A stretch of DNA of 28,702 nt from Octopus sinensis (lineage: Eukaryota), in contig NW_021833474.1 in the NCBI RefSeq assembly GCF_006345805.1, positions 1-28,702 on the forward strand. The letters run 5' to 3'. Below are positions 16,209 to 28,702 of this stretch, one piece after another. Every line of letters starts with the position of its first letter. Positions within the stretch are counted from its first letter, which is position 1. A program made the position numbers and the translations under genes. The notes beneath the pieces are model-generated. The model did not search any database. It had not been told where the DNA came from and saw nothing but the letters and a program-made list of their open reading frames with translations.

Positions 16209-16446
16209 TTTCGAGTGGGATGGGTTACTTGACCTGAAGAAAATTCTAACTGGGCCCCACCTGCAAGGTCATGTGCTGTTTATCTTGATATGAGATCACC
16301 ATGTCGCGCACATATGGTTGTGATGCATGTGCCTGGTGTACTCTTATCAGACGGGTAGTCATGATGGGTATATTGGGCTTCGTATATTTTACCCCAGTGT
16401 CACTTTGCTGGCATGCACTGTTCTCTCACTCAATAATAATAATAAT
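16209..16446 (+). repeat. 5'-truncated copy of an unclassified non-coding interspersed repeat with (AAT)5 tail
   Basis: 16225-16431 is about 90% identical (by eye) to the reverse complement of 28141-28345. Confidence 0.85.
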
Positions 16447-17481
16447 AGAAATCACTGCAGCACCAACGGCAGAAGAAGTGGAAGAATTCTGGAGAGAAAT
16501 ATGGTCGGCGAACGAACAACCAAAACTCAACAAACTCAGCATCTGAGCAACTTTGGACCCCCATAACAACTGAAGAGGTCACCCAGGCACTGCAAAGACT
16601 AAGCAACTGGACGGCACCTGGGCATGACAAGATCCCCAACTTCTGGTTGAAATCTCTAACAGGAATGCACAAAAAGCTTGCTGGAAACATTAACAGCATG
16701 CTAGCAGAGCCAGAGACAATGCCTGAATGGCTCACGAAGGGGAAAACCACCTTAATTCCCAAACCAAATGAGACAGCAAAACCAGAATACTACAGACCAA
16801 TAACCTGTCTCCCTACAATATACAAGGCACTTAATGTAGTGATATCGCAAAGGTTGAACAAGCACCTGGACGAAAACAACTTGTTTCCAGAAGAGCAGAA
16901 AGGATGCCGCAAAGGCTCATATGGCTGTAAAGATCAACTAATGAATAATAAAGCCATAACCGAAGACAACCACAGAAAGAAGAAAGCATAGTATGGCTTG
17001 GATCGATTACAAAGGCGTTTGATAGCATCCCCCACACATGGATCCTCGAAACACTACCATTAACAAGTAGCACCAACCCTTATGAAATTCATAGGGCACT
17101 CTATGAATACATGGCAAACCGTGCTACAGCTCCAAACAAAAGAGGGACTCATGAAAACCAAGCCATCCCCATTAGAAGAGGAATATTCCAGGGAGACACT
17201 CTCTCTCCACTCCTTTTTTCTGCTTGACACTGTCACAATTCCTATCATAGTAGGTTCATTAGCATGATAAAAAAATATTCAGACAATACATACAAAAACA
17301 CCAGACTTACAAACACATATAACATACAGAAAATTGCACTACTAGGCACTGCACACTCCTACGCAGAACACTTTCCATACAATAACCATCAGAGCATCAC
17401 AACAATCACAGCACAAAGCCAAGGCACACAGAGCTGCGCTCGGTAGTGAAGTGAAAGCACGCTATAAAAATAAAACTACTG
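16447..17481 (+). mobile_element. Dong copy 2 (same family as copy 1): 5'-truncated, with a ~1.47-kb internal deletion
   Basis: 16447-17236 matches the reverse complement of ~13875-14670; 17235-17481 matches the reverse complement of 12151-12404; near-identical 3' UTR and (AAT)n tail. Confidence 0.92.
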
Positions 17482-17498
17482 AATGATAATAATAATAA

Positions 17499-17538
<40 letters not shown>

Positions 17539-17559
17539 TAATTATTATTATATTATTAT
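17482..17559. repeat. (AAT)n to (ATT)n polarity switch, formed by tail-to-tail Dong tails
   Basis: Direct reading; switch at ~17529. Confidence 0.9.
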
Positions 17560-18712
17560 GTTTTTTCCTCCTTCTTTCTTCAATTTTCTTCCGTTCTCGC
17601 CGAGTGTTTTCCATACACCTAGGGCAGAGAAGCTCATTGTATGCATTCCCAGATTACACGCGCAAATTCTCAGATAAATTTTTTTTTTTAAATTAATAAA
17701 TAAATAAATTCATGGATGGATGTTGTTTCCACAGCGATAATGCTCTTCTCAGTATATAAGCCGTTCCAGTTCCTGTAGGGATGGTGAGCCTGGAATCATT
17801 TTCAAATAGGTTTCAGTACCTTTTTTTTATCATTCCTAGAGATCCTACAATCACTGGTACTGTAGTCGCCTTGAGATGCCACATTTTTTCAATTTCTGTT
17901 AGCAGGTCTTTATATTTACTAATCTTGTCAAATTCTTTCGCCGCTATATTGTGATCGCAAGAGATACTCATGTTAATTAATAAACACATCCTTTTTGTCT
18001 GATCTTTTATATATAATATCCGGTTTATTAACTTTTATAATCTTGTCGGTCTGTACGGGAAGTCCCATAGAATCGACACATTTTCTCCCTCAGTCACACC
18101 TTCAGGATGGTATTTATACCATTTGTCAGCGGTTTTGATTTTATAATACCGACATATTGTCCAATGTAAATACTGGTCGACTCTGTCATGTCTTGCTTTA
18201 TATTCTACAGGTGCTAAGATTCTACATCCTGAGATTAGGTGGTCTATTGTTTCAATCTCATCGTTACAGAATCGGCTTTTTGGGTCAGCTCCATTTTTAT
18301 CACATTGGCTTGGTAGTTCCAGGTTAATAAGCTTTGGTCTTGAGCAGCTAATATGAAACCTTCTCTCTCTGCTTTTAGCCCTGAGCTTCGTAACCATTGG
18401 TGCGTGTGTTTCTGGTCGACATCAGCTTGTTTGCTACGGGCCACATACTTGCCATGGAGAGGTTTCTGTTCCCATCTGCTAGCTAAATTTTCATGTGCTT
18501 TTCTCTTTACAATTAATTTTACTTTCTTTGCAGCTTCAGTTGGCGCATTTCCTTCAACCTGATCAATCTGGTGGGTATCTAAGAGATCATCAGCGAATTT
18601 TTTGCTCTGTTTGAGAAGTCTTTTCAGTCTTTCATGTTTTTCAACAAGTTTTAGCATCCAATCGTTGGTTGCTTCAAGGTATTTGGCCAGTCCGATTGTG
18701 GTGAGAGTCACA
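17560..18712 (-). mobile_element. Dong copy 3 (different family), 5'-truncated: late thumb, zinc knuckle, REL, 3' UTR
   Basis: WEQKPLHG, QWLRSSGLKAE.EGFILAAQDQ, ETIDHLISGC..LAPVEYKARHD, LWDFP, TAYILRRALS. Confidence 0.9.
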
Positions 18713-20168
<1,456 letters not shown>

Positions 20169-22527
20169 GTTTGACTTTTGCTTTATAGTACAAGTTGGCT
20201 CCAAGTCTCACCCAGAGACCTCAAGAGACAACAGGTTGGAAGTTCATGTTGTTGTTATGCCTAGTGTGCCATATATTGGGGGGTGGGGATGTTGTACTAA
20301 TGAATGTCTAAAAAAAAAAGTTTTTTTTTTTTTTTTTTAAACCGAAAATTATGGTTGTTTTAAACCTTGAGGTTACATAGAGAGTATTTTGCGTAGGATA
20401 TGAGCAGTTCCCATTAGCACTATTTTTGAACTTCTGCCATTTTGGGGTTCTGGTATCTGAGTTAAATAGCTATCAGCCCCTTTTGCTATCATTCCCAGGG
20501 CACCTATGACAACAGGTATTGTTTTAGTCTTCAGCTTCCACATTTTGCTGATTTCTATTTCAAGATCTTTATATTGCTCAGTTTTTGGTAGGTCCTGACA
20601 GATACGTTTATATCGATTGGGACAGTCATATCAATGAGGAGGCATGTTCTTTGTTGAAGTCTTTCAATATGATGTCTGGCCTATTTGCATCTATCTTCCT
20701 GTCAGTTTGAATGGTGAAGTTCCAGAGGAGTGAGATGTGGTCATTTTCAAGCACTGGGGGTGGTTTGTGTTCCCACCAGTTTTTTCATGGGGCAAATCCA
20801 GGTTTTTACAGATTACCCAGTGAATATATTGTGCAGCTCTATCGTGCCTGTTGAGATACTCTGTAGGCGCTAGAAGACTGCACTTGGAGACCACATAGTC
20901 AATGGTTTCATTTTGTTGCTTGCATACACGACACGTTGGACTGCTTCTGATCTTTAATATGTTGGCCTGGTAGTTTCTGTTGGTAGGCATTGATCTTGAG
21001 CTGCTATGATAAACCCTCTGTTTCAGATTTTAAGCCAGAGGCCATTAGCCATTGATGGGTCAGGGCTTTGTCGATATCTGCATTATTCGCTCTCTTTGGG
21101 TATTTGCGTAGAGATAGAGAGGTTTTCTTGCCATTTATTATTCAGAATATCTAAGGCCGCAGTTTTGGCACGGGTTTTCATGCGCCTAGCTTTTTCTGTG
21201 CTTGTTTTTGTATGTCTATCTCTAATTCCGAAATTGGTTGTATTCGGAATTCACTTAGATATTCCTTTGCCTGTTTTGTGACAGAGTATGATGCTTTCTT
21301 GTTTTCATGTTTTGAGACAAGTTTTAACATCCAGTCCTCAGAGTTTTTCAGGTAGGTGTCTAGGCCAATTGTAGCAATCTTCATTGTTATTGCCAGTTGC
21401 AAAAGACCACGGCCTCCCTCTTTTCTTGGCAGATAGAGTCGTTCTGTATCTGCCTTAGGGTGGTGCATTCTATGCATTGTCAACAGTTTCCTTATTTTTC
21501 TGTCGAGCTGACATATTTCAGTAATTGACCAGTTAACAATATTGAAACTGTAAGTCACGACTGGTATAGCTATGCATTGATTGCTTCGATCCTGTTTCTT
21601 GCATTCAGCTCTGTCTTGAGTATTGCTCTCACTCTTCGATAGCATTCTCTCCTGATCCTTTCCTTCATCTCTGAATGCCTTATTCCGTTCCCTTCAATTA
21701 CCCCTAGGTACTTGTAGCTCTCCGCTGGGTCTAGTTCTTTTATGACATTCTGTTGGTCAAGGTTAACGTTAGATGTTTCTGTCATTTTTCCTTTGATAAA
21801 GGTAGCCTTTATCGAGGCCGAATTGCATTCTGATGTCGTCACTGAATTGTTTGACTATCGCTAGTAAGCCCTTGAGTTGTTGATCATTTTTTGCAAAAAG
21901 CTTTAAATCATCCATGTAAACGAGATGATTTATATTTTTATCAAACATTTTATACCCGTACTGCGCGTCATTGAGCAGCTTTGAGAGAGGTATTAAGGAT
22001 AAACAAAAGAGGAGTGGTGACAGTGAGTCACCCTGGAAAATGCCACACGAAATTTTTACATCACCAGCATTTAGGGATTCACTGTCACTGTTCAGAGTTA
22101 GTGTGGTTCTCCATGATCTCATACTTACAGTCAAGAAGTTTCGCAGAGTTGGTGCTATCTTATACATTTCAAGGCATTTCCTAATCCAGCTATGTGGTAG
22201 GCTATCAAAAGCCTTTTTATAGTCTATCCAGGCTATTGATAAGTTTTGTGTCGTTTGTGACAATCTTCTAAGATCATCTTATTGATGAGTAGTTGGTCTT
22301 TACAGCCGTAGGATCCACGTTTACATCCTTTCTGTTCATTAGGGAATATGCTGCTGTCTGTTAAAAAACTATAGGTATATTCCGTCAGGACAGATGTTAG
22401 AGTTTTGTACATAGTTGTTAAGCAGGTTATGGGTCTATAGTTTTTTGGTTCATTTTTTCTTCACATTTTGGAAGCAGGAATGTTAACCCATTAACTAGCC
22501 AAGGAGGCATCCTACTAGGGTGTTGCA
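20169..22527 (-). mobile_element. Dong copy 4 (third family), 5'-truncated at the start of RT, 2.36 kb
   Basis: NYRPITCL, KKAFDSLPHSW, QGDSLSP, YMDD, CRVC..ETIDYVVSKC..RHD, GTAHILRKILSM* (stop 20373-20375); (AAT)n on the element strand at both ends. Confidence 0.92.
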
Positions 22528-22571
22528 TTATTATTATTATTATTATCATTATATTATTATTATTATTATTA

Positions 22572-22613
<42 letters not shown>

Positions 22614-22742
22614 CATTATTATTATTATATTATTATTATTATCATCATTATATTATCTTATTATTATCATTATCATGATCATTGTTATTATTATTATGAT
22701 ATTATTATTATTATTAATTATATATTATTATTATTTTATTAT
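22528..22742. repeat. (ATT/ATC)n microsatellite
   Basis: Direct reading. Confidence 0.95.
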
Positions 22743-22958
22743 ATTTGAAGCGGAACACATCTGAGGTGCTTTCGAATGCTTCATGTAAGTTCGTTTCAAA
22801 ATATTATTTACACCAGGCTTGGTGTCGTTTTGCAGTAATTGTTTTATTCCAAGTAGTGAATAGAAGCACGTGGAATTTATTACTGGCTTCATATAGTTGT
22901 GTAGCCCCGAGAGTGGAGATTTCGTCCCACCAAATAAATCGGTTGACGTTAAAATTTT

Positions 22959-24832
22959 ATGGAGTCAATACAACTTAACAAGATAGTGAAACGCGTCTTG
23001 AAAGTGTTGAGGAAAGACAAAACAAACCCTCCTGCCAATATGGTAATAGATGAAGACTTCCCTTCCCTTCCCTCTGTCTGGGGAAGGGGAAGGACAAAAG
23101 AACAAGACTGACATGATACAAAGTACAACGAAACGTAAAATAATAGTAGCAGAAACACTAACAGTGGTAGAAATGACAACAGCAGCCGCCGCAACATTAG
23201 TAGTAGTGAGAGCAGCAACAACCACGAAAAAGAAAGTTACAGCAGTAACAGTAATGATAGCAACAACAATAACAACAAAAACGAAAGCAAAAGTGACGAC
23301 TGCAACAGCAACAAAACCAATAGCAGCAACATCGATAAGAACGGTAGCAAGAACAGAAGCAGCAGCAGCGGCAGAAGCAGCAGCAGAAATCATATACCAA
23401 TATACCATAGACCTCACAAGTAGGGAGTAGGTGCTCCCAGAGTCATGGGAATTAATTAAACAAGAGAAAATTTGAGCAAATCTTACAGTCCCATCAGAGG
23501 CCATTGAAGCGGAGGAAAAAGAACTGTGCTTTTTCTGATGCATCTCAGCAGATACAAAAAGAGCGGCTTTGATAGTCCCCAAGTAGATATTGAGGCGGTG
23601 CTAGAGTGCATAAGAAATGACAAGAAATACATAGCGTGGGACAAACGATAGGCACCATTTCGGTGCTGTTTAAATCAGAAGCCCTCTATGTGGAACATTC
23701 TACGACCTCCTGCAAAGCCAGCAAAGTCATTATGTACCCCTCCCACATGCGTAAACTTACAGCCCGTGTCTGCATTCCTAAAATTCCCCCATGACTAGAT
23801 ATTTGGTGGCTTCTGGGACGCGTAATCGTGGATGGAACGGATACTGTCCGTATTGAGGAGACAAGAACTGCCAGGGAGGACTGGTCAGGGGTTAACCTAG
23901 ACATATTTCTCCATATCAGACCCGAAAACATTAAAAACATCCCAGACCACATCCGTCTCCAGAACGGGACGGTCATACATATCATGCCTGAAGGCCTCAG
24001 TGTTTCAGGTGTGGAGAAACGACTCATTTATCTGCTCCCTACCGCCTATGGCCTCCACTGCTACCTATGCCGGGACGAGAACGACAAACATCACCAGCAA
24101 CAATACCAAAGATATTAACCACCCTAGAGGAAAACAAGGGAAGATCTCCCACCGCTTCCCACCAAACAAAAGATACGCACATAAACAAGATTATAAACAT
24201 ACACACAGACACACTTACAGCAACAGACCTTTCACCTCCCAGTAGTAAAGATGAAAGAAAACCCAAAGGGCCAAAATAAAACAAAAAAGAAGCACAAAAG
24301 AAAATCTCTACAAAACATAATAACACCCACAATAAAAAAAATACAACCACTGCCCACGCAAACATCTCCCCAAAAATACCAACACAAACACATTCATCAA
24401 AATCTCCCAAACGCAAACAACCTAAACAGGAACAGACACACAAACATCTAAAACTGTTGACACATCACTCGCAGAACACAGAAAAACAATAGAATCAACA
24501 ACACCATCACCAGTACAATCAAACAAACAAATTAAACAACCCCAACAAAAACACCCAACTTCGTACTCATCAGAAGGGACAGCGAGGAACTGATAGCACT
24601 CGTAGCACAAAACAAGGAATTTGATACAGGGGTGGGGATGAGTGTACCAGATTTACTTCTGGTGCGAATGTCGTTTGATTTCTACATAAAAATTCGAGAG
24701 AGCTTTCAGGAGGACGTGGGAACTCCGAACGTAAGACCCACATCAAGGTTCTTAGAGGGGTTCCCTAAAAAGACCTCAACAACAATGGAAGTCGAACCAC
24801 CCAACTTTCACAGGATTCCGGGAGGTAAGTAA
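22959..24832 (+). pseudogene. Tx1-type ORF1 remnant (low-complexity N-terminus, degenerate CCHC knuckle)
   Basis: ATG at 22959 opens MESIQ..DEDFPSLPS. HIMPEG is followed after a frameshift by PQCFRCGETTHLSAPY (24001-24042), a C-x2-C-x4-H-x4-C motif with the last Cys changed to Tyr (TAC). Confidence 0.7.
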
Positions 24833-24862
24833 ACCTATCCTTTCTCTCTTTAGTTTGCCCAC

Positions 24863-27570
24863 TTGGCCAAACTAAGTGTAGGATTTTTACATGTGCGAGG
24901 CCTGGGGTGACCCTGGAAGTAGAGACGCCTGCTCAACGACCCCACTTCTCTAGAATTGGATGTAATTGTTGTCAGTAAACCAGGATTTCCAAAACATACG
25001 CACTGGCTCCCATGTTCCACGATTATCAGATCTTTGCATCTGTTAGTCGGCTGGAAAGTGGAGTGGCGGTGCTGTTTAGGAAAGAACTAGATCACGAGGT
25101 AAAGTCGATCTTCCGGGACCCGGACGGGAAGTTGGTGGTACTGGACGTGAGCAACAGTGAAGGTAGTAGACTGGTGGATGTCTACGCTCCTACCGGAGCC
25201 AAGCTGTCAGATTTCTTTAGGCGTCTGGAAGTCTTTCTATGTACGTCTCATCCTTTACTGTTAGTAGGGGACCGGAACGGAATCTTAGATCAACGTTGTG
25301 ATGGTGTGGGAGTAGCTGATAGAAGAGTGGGTTACAAAAGCCTCAAGCACCTAATTAGCCAGTTCCAACTGTCTAACAGGTACCGACCAGGTTTGCCTAA
25401 TGCGCCAGTGTGGACTTGAACCAATCGCTTAAGTTCATATAGATCGTATATAGATAGGATTTACACGAGACAAATAAATAGTAACAGTGCAGGATGTCCA
25501 TTTTTTAAAACGGTCGTTTATTCAGACCGTAAGTTTGTAATCTGTACGGTCGATCTAGATAAGACGCGTAGGCTAGGACCCGGTTACTGGAAGCTGAGCA
25601 TGTCGTTTCCGGCACGTAAGACTTACAGTAACCGGGTCAGCGATTTAGTTAAGAAGTTGACAGGGGGTGTCGTCAACAAGTGTTGGGCGGCTCTCAAAAG
25701 AGAGATTAGAATAATGTCGATAGGGTTTAGTAAAGAAATGGCGTTAGAAAAAATAGAAAAGAGGAATGGGTTAGTAGCTAAACTACACGAGGCTATTTGA
25801 AGTGGCATTACAACCAACTTACTAGCAGCGAGAATGGTATTAGACCAGTTCTTCCACACGAAACATGAAGGCTGCATTATCAGAGCTAAGGCGCGTGCTC
25901 TAAGAAATGAGGGGATCAAAGCTGTTCGTTGGGCTCGCGTGGCGAAGACGCAATGTGGTAACAAACCACAATTTGGTCTTTGATGGACCGAGACGAACAC
26001 GAGCTGAGTGTTTCCAGCACTTTGCTCGGTTGTTCAGAGAGAGTGGTGAGACGGATGTGGTGGGGACTTCAGTTCCTGCCCGACGGCTTACCTCGTCTCT
26101 CGACGGCCGACACTGAGCGCGCTGTGAAAGGCAAATAACTTTAGATGAAATACTGGATGCCCTTGTCGGTTGCAGGAGGCAGGTTTAGATGGTCTGCCCT
26201 ATAAACTTTGCGTAAATATGCAAGACTTGTTCTCGAATTTTCTCGAAGAGTTCGACAGCAACCGGCAGCAGAACGGGAGTATTCTCAGTTCTGTGAGCTG
26301 GGACGTTGACAAGCTGATAAGAAAAGACGAAAACAAGTTGGATACATTACATAATTTCAGGCCCATAACTCTGCTTAACACAGAGTTTAAGATTTTGGTC
26401 AAGGTATAAGCAAAGAGGTCGGCGCTTCTAGTCGTGGACTTGGTCGGAGATGCGCAAACATGCGCAATCCCAACTAGTTCTATACACAATAACCTCCACC
26501 TCGTGCGATACATCATAGAAAGGGCAGGGTGTGAACCTGGCTCCGGTAGTGCGCTGATCAATTTAGATCAATCGAAAGCATCGATATCGGGAGGCTGTCC
26601 TCAAAGCGGCTGGCTTCGGCCCCGTCTTCAGAAGTTGGATCGCTGCAATGCATAGCAGCATCTGCTCGGTGGTCAAAATTAATGGCCACCTCTCGGAACC
26701 GTTTCAGATCTTCCGATCGGTCCGTGAAGGATACCCTCACTCCTCCCGTCTGTACGTATTGGCCCTTGAGCCTTTACTGCGGAAGCTGGAGCTTCTGCAA
26801 GGCACCCCACTCGAACCGGGAGGCAGGAAAGCTGTGTTGGCGTATGCGGTCTACATCATTTCAGAAATCGAGGTGGTCGGCACATCATTGGAGGAATAAG
26901 AAATGTTGACGGGAGCAAAACTTAACCCGGAAAAGTCGGTGAGCTTGCAACTCGGACCCTGGAGAGGCAAGTCCATACCGTCAAACAGAGCTGGACGGAC
27001 GGACGGACCGGTAAAGTTGCTTGGGGTTTGGTTCGGGCTTTCGAGTCGGAGACGATGGATACCCTCCAGAAATCCCTTGCTTGGCAGTGCTACAGGGGGA
27101 TACTGCCGGTTCGAGATAAACTCTACAGGCACGGAAGTGCTGTCAGACGGACCTTCCTGAATTGCGCGTAGAGCGACGAAACCGTTCTGCACGCACTCGT
27201 CCAGTGTCCTTGCATTACTGACTTGTGGGATTATGTTTATCAGCTGTTATCATGTGTACGACAGATCCAGCTATCGGCCGAGTCCATAGTGAAGACCGAT
27301 CCTCCGCTTTCCATCGGCCCGGAAGGGCAGACAATTTTCCTCTGTCTGATAGCAGTAGCGAAAGAGGTTGTATGGTGGACCAGGTTGAAAGGACTTAAGA
27401 CAAACATTTTTCTGTTCGGCAAATAACTCATCAACTTTTTCAGATTTCATTTGGAAAGGAAGATGAAGATGGAGAGAGAAGTGCTGGCTCTCAGTACATT
27501 TGCAAAAAGGTGGGTGAATGTAGCGAAAATAGCACGTGTGAGTGGGCCTTCTCTTATAATGTGCCTGCAG
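24863..27570 (+). pseudogene. Tx1-type ORF2 remnant (APE endonuclease + RT) with stops, frameshifts and deletions
   Basis: APE at ~24863-25610; RT at ~26130-27030. The catalytic YADD reads YAVY because of a deletion. The C-terminal region is shortened and ends near KRWVNVA. Confidence 0.85.
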
Positions 27571-27811
27571 GCTAGTGAATTTCAGAGAGAGAAGGGTGCT
27601 CTTCCCAGATGCACTCGAAGCGTCGAGTATTTCAGGATTGGTGGGGTACCAGAGCTAAATTTAGGTGGTTACCCCCCACTCCACTGGGGGACTTTCTTTG
27701 TTATATTCTTTGTTGGATATCATTGTTATTCTGTTGTGTACTCGTTGTTTACGTGTAAGATTTCCACAGTCCATATCTACTGTATCGTCCCCAATATGTC
27801 GGCCCTAGTGG

Positions 27812-28020
27812 CTAATAAATAAAATAATAATAATAATAATAACAACAACAACAATAATAATAATAATTATTATTATTATTGTTGTTGTTGTTGTTGGTTT
27901 GGCTGTTTTTATTATTACTATCATCATCACCATCATCATCAACATCATCATCATCATTTTATTATAATTATTATTATTATTTTATTACTATACTATTTGG
28001 CTATTTTTATATTATTATTA

Positions 28021-28057
<37 letters not shown>

Positions 28058-28061
28058 GCTA

Positions 28062-28113
<52 letters not shown>

Positions 28114-28140
28114 TTATTATATTTTACTATTATTATTATT
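27812..28140. repeat. Compound (AAT)(AAC)/(ATT)(GTT)(ATC) microsatellite containing a 52-bp perfect palindrome
   Basis: 27841-27892 is self-complementary. Confidence 0.92.
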
Positions 28141-28637
28141 GAGTGAGAGAGCGTTCATGCCATCAAAGTGACACTGGGGTAAATATACGAAGCCCAATAT
28201 ACTCATCATGACTACCCGTCTGATAAGGGTACACCAGGAACATGCATCACACAACAGATGTGTGCGACATTGTGATCTGATATCAATTAACAGCACATGA
28301 CCTTGCAGGTGGGGGCCCATTTAGAATTTTCTTCAGATCGAGTAAGGATGTTGAACGAAACACCCATGTTTCCAGAAGTAAATTATTGAAACCCCAAAGT
28401 ATCCCTCTCAACACATGACTATGATGCTCCTCCACTACTTCTGCTCGTGATCAAAGATGCACATATCGTCAGCAACTAAGGGACATGCTCAACTGGTTAT
28501 GGTAAAACAACTGACAAGCAATTCTGTGGTATTGAGCAGAATATTTGCTGTAGCCCATCTTTTATACCAAGACAAAACAATGTACATGATAACGCTTCCA
28601 ATCAGTTAAGATCAGAAGCCACGAGAGCCACTGCATC
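28141..28637 (-). repeat. Unclassified ~0.5-kb non-coding interspersed repeat bounded by (AAT)n
   Basis: Second copy at 16209-16446; microsatellite on both sides; no protein motif recognised. Confidence 0.8.
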
Positions 28638-28702
28638 ATTATTATTATCATTATTATTATATTATTATTATTATTATATTATTATTATTATTATTATTAT
28701 TA
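28638..28702. repeat. (ATT/ATC)n microsatellite running to the window end
   Basis: Direct reading. Confidence 0.95.

Larger units (their letters stand above)
22743..27825 (+). mobile_element. Decayed near-full-length Tx1/L1-type LINE (ORF1 + APE-RT ORF2)
   Basis: ORF1 carries a gag-like knuckle. ORF2 carries APE motifs (LHVRGL, DVYAP, GDRN, SYIDRI, SDR, GPGYWKL) and RT motifs (NFRPITLLN, LDQSKA, LYVLALEPL). The element ends in AATAAA followed by (AAT)n. Confidence 0.88.

Noticed and set aside
22965-23582. 205-aa minus-strand ORF
   Set aside because: Antisense of the low-complexity Tx1 ORF1 N-terminus.

Overview
AT-rich, repeat-saturated eukaryotic genomic DNA with no recognisable host gene. 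The SINE types, the LINE mix and the very high microsatellite load suggest an octopus/coleoid cephalopod (inference from pattern recognition, not a database search). The window is dominated by non-LTR retrotransposons and (AAT/ATT)n microsatellites. There are at least nine R4/Dong-type (RT + CCHC + REL endonuclease) copies or fragments from several lineages: one near full length at 12151-16208(-), an internally deleted sister copy at 16447-17481(+), two 5'-truncated copies at 17560-18712(-) and 20169-22527(-), and five older fragments in 5.2-10 kb. Also present are a decayed near-full-length Tx1/L1-type LINE (22743-27825,+), an RTE-like 3' fragment, two tRNA-derived SINE types, a 245-bp foldback/MITE-like palindrome, and an unclassified ~0.5-kb repeat bounded by (AAT)n. 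All LINE ORFs are disrupted. The main pattern is that nearly every retroelement starts or ends in (AAT)n with fixed polarity, SINE tails are reused as Dong landing sites, and divergent Dong lineages share a short 3'-UTR motif. All coordinates, translations and identities were read by eye; fragment boundaries are approximate.
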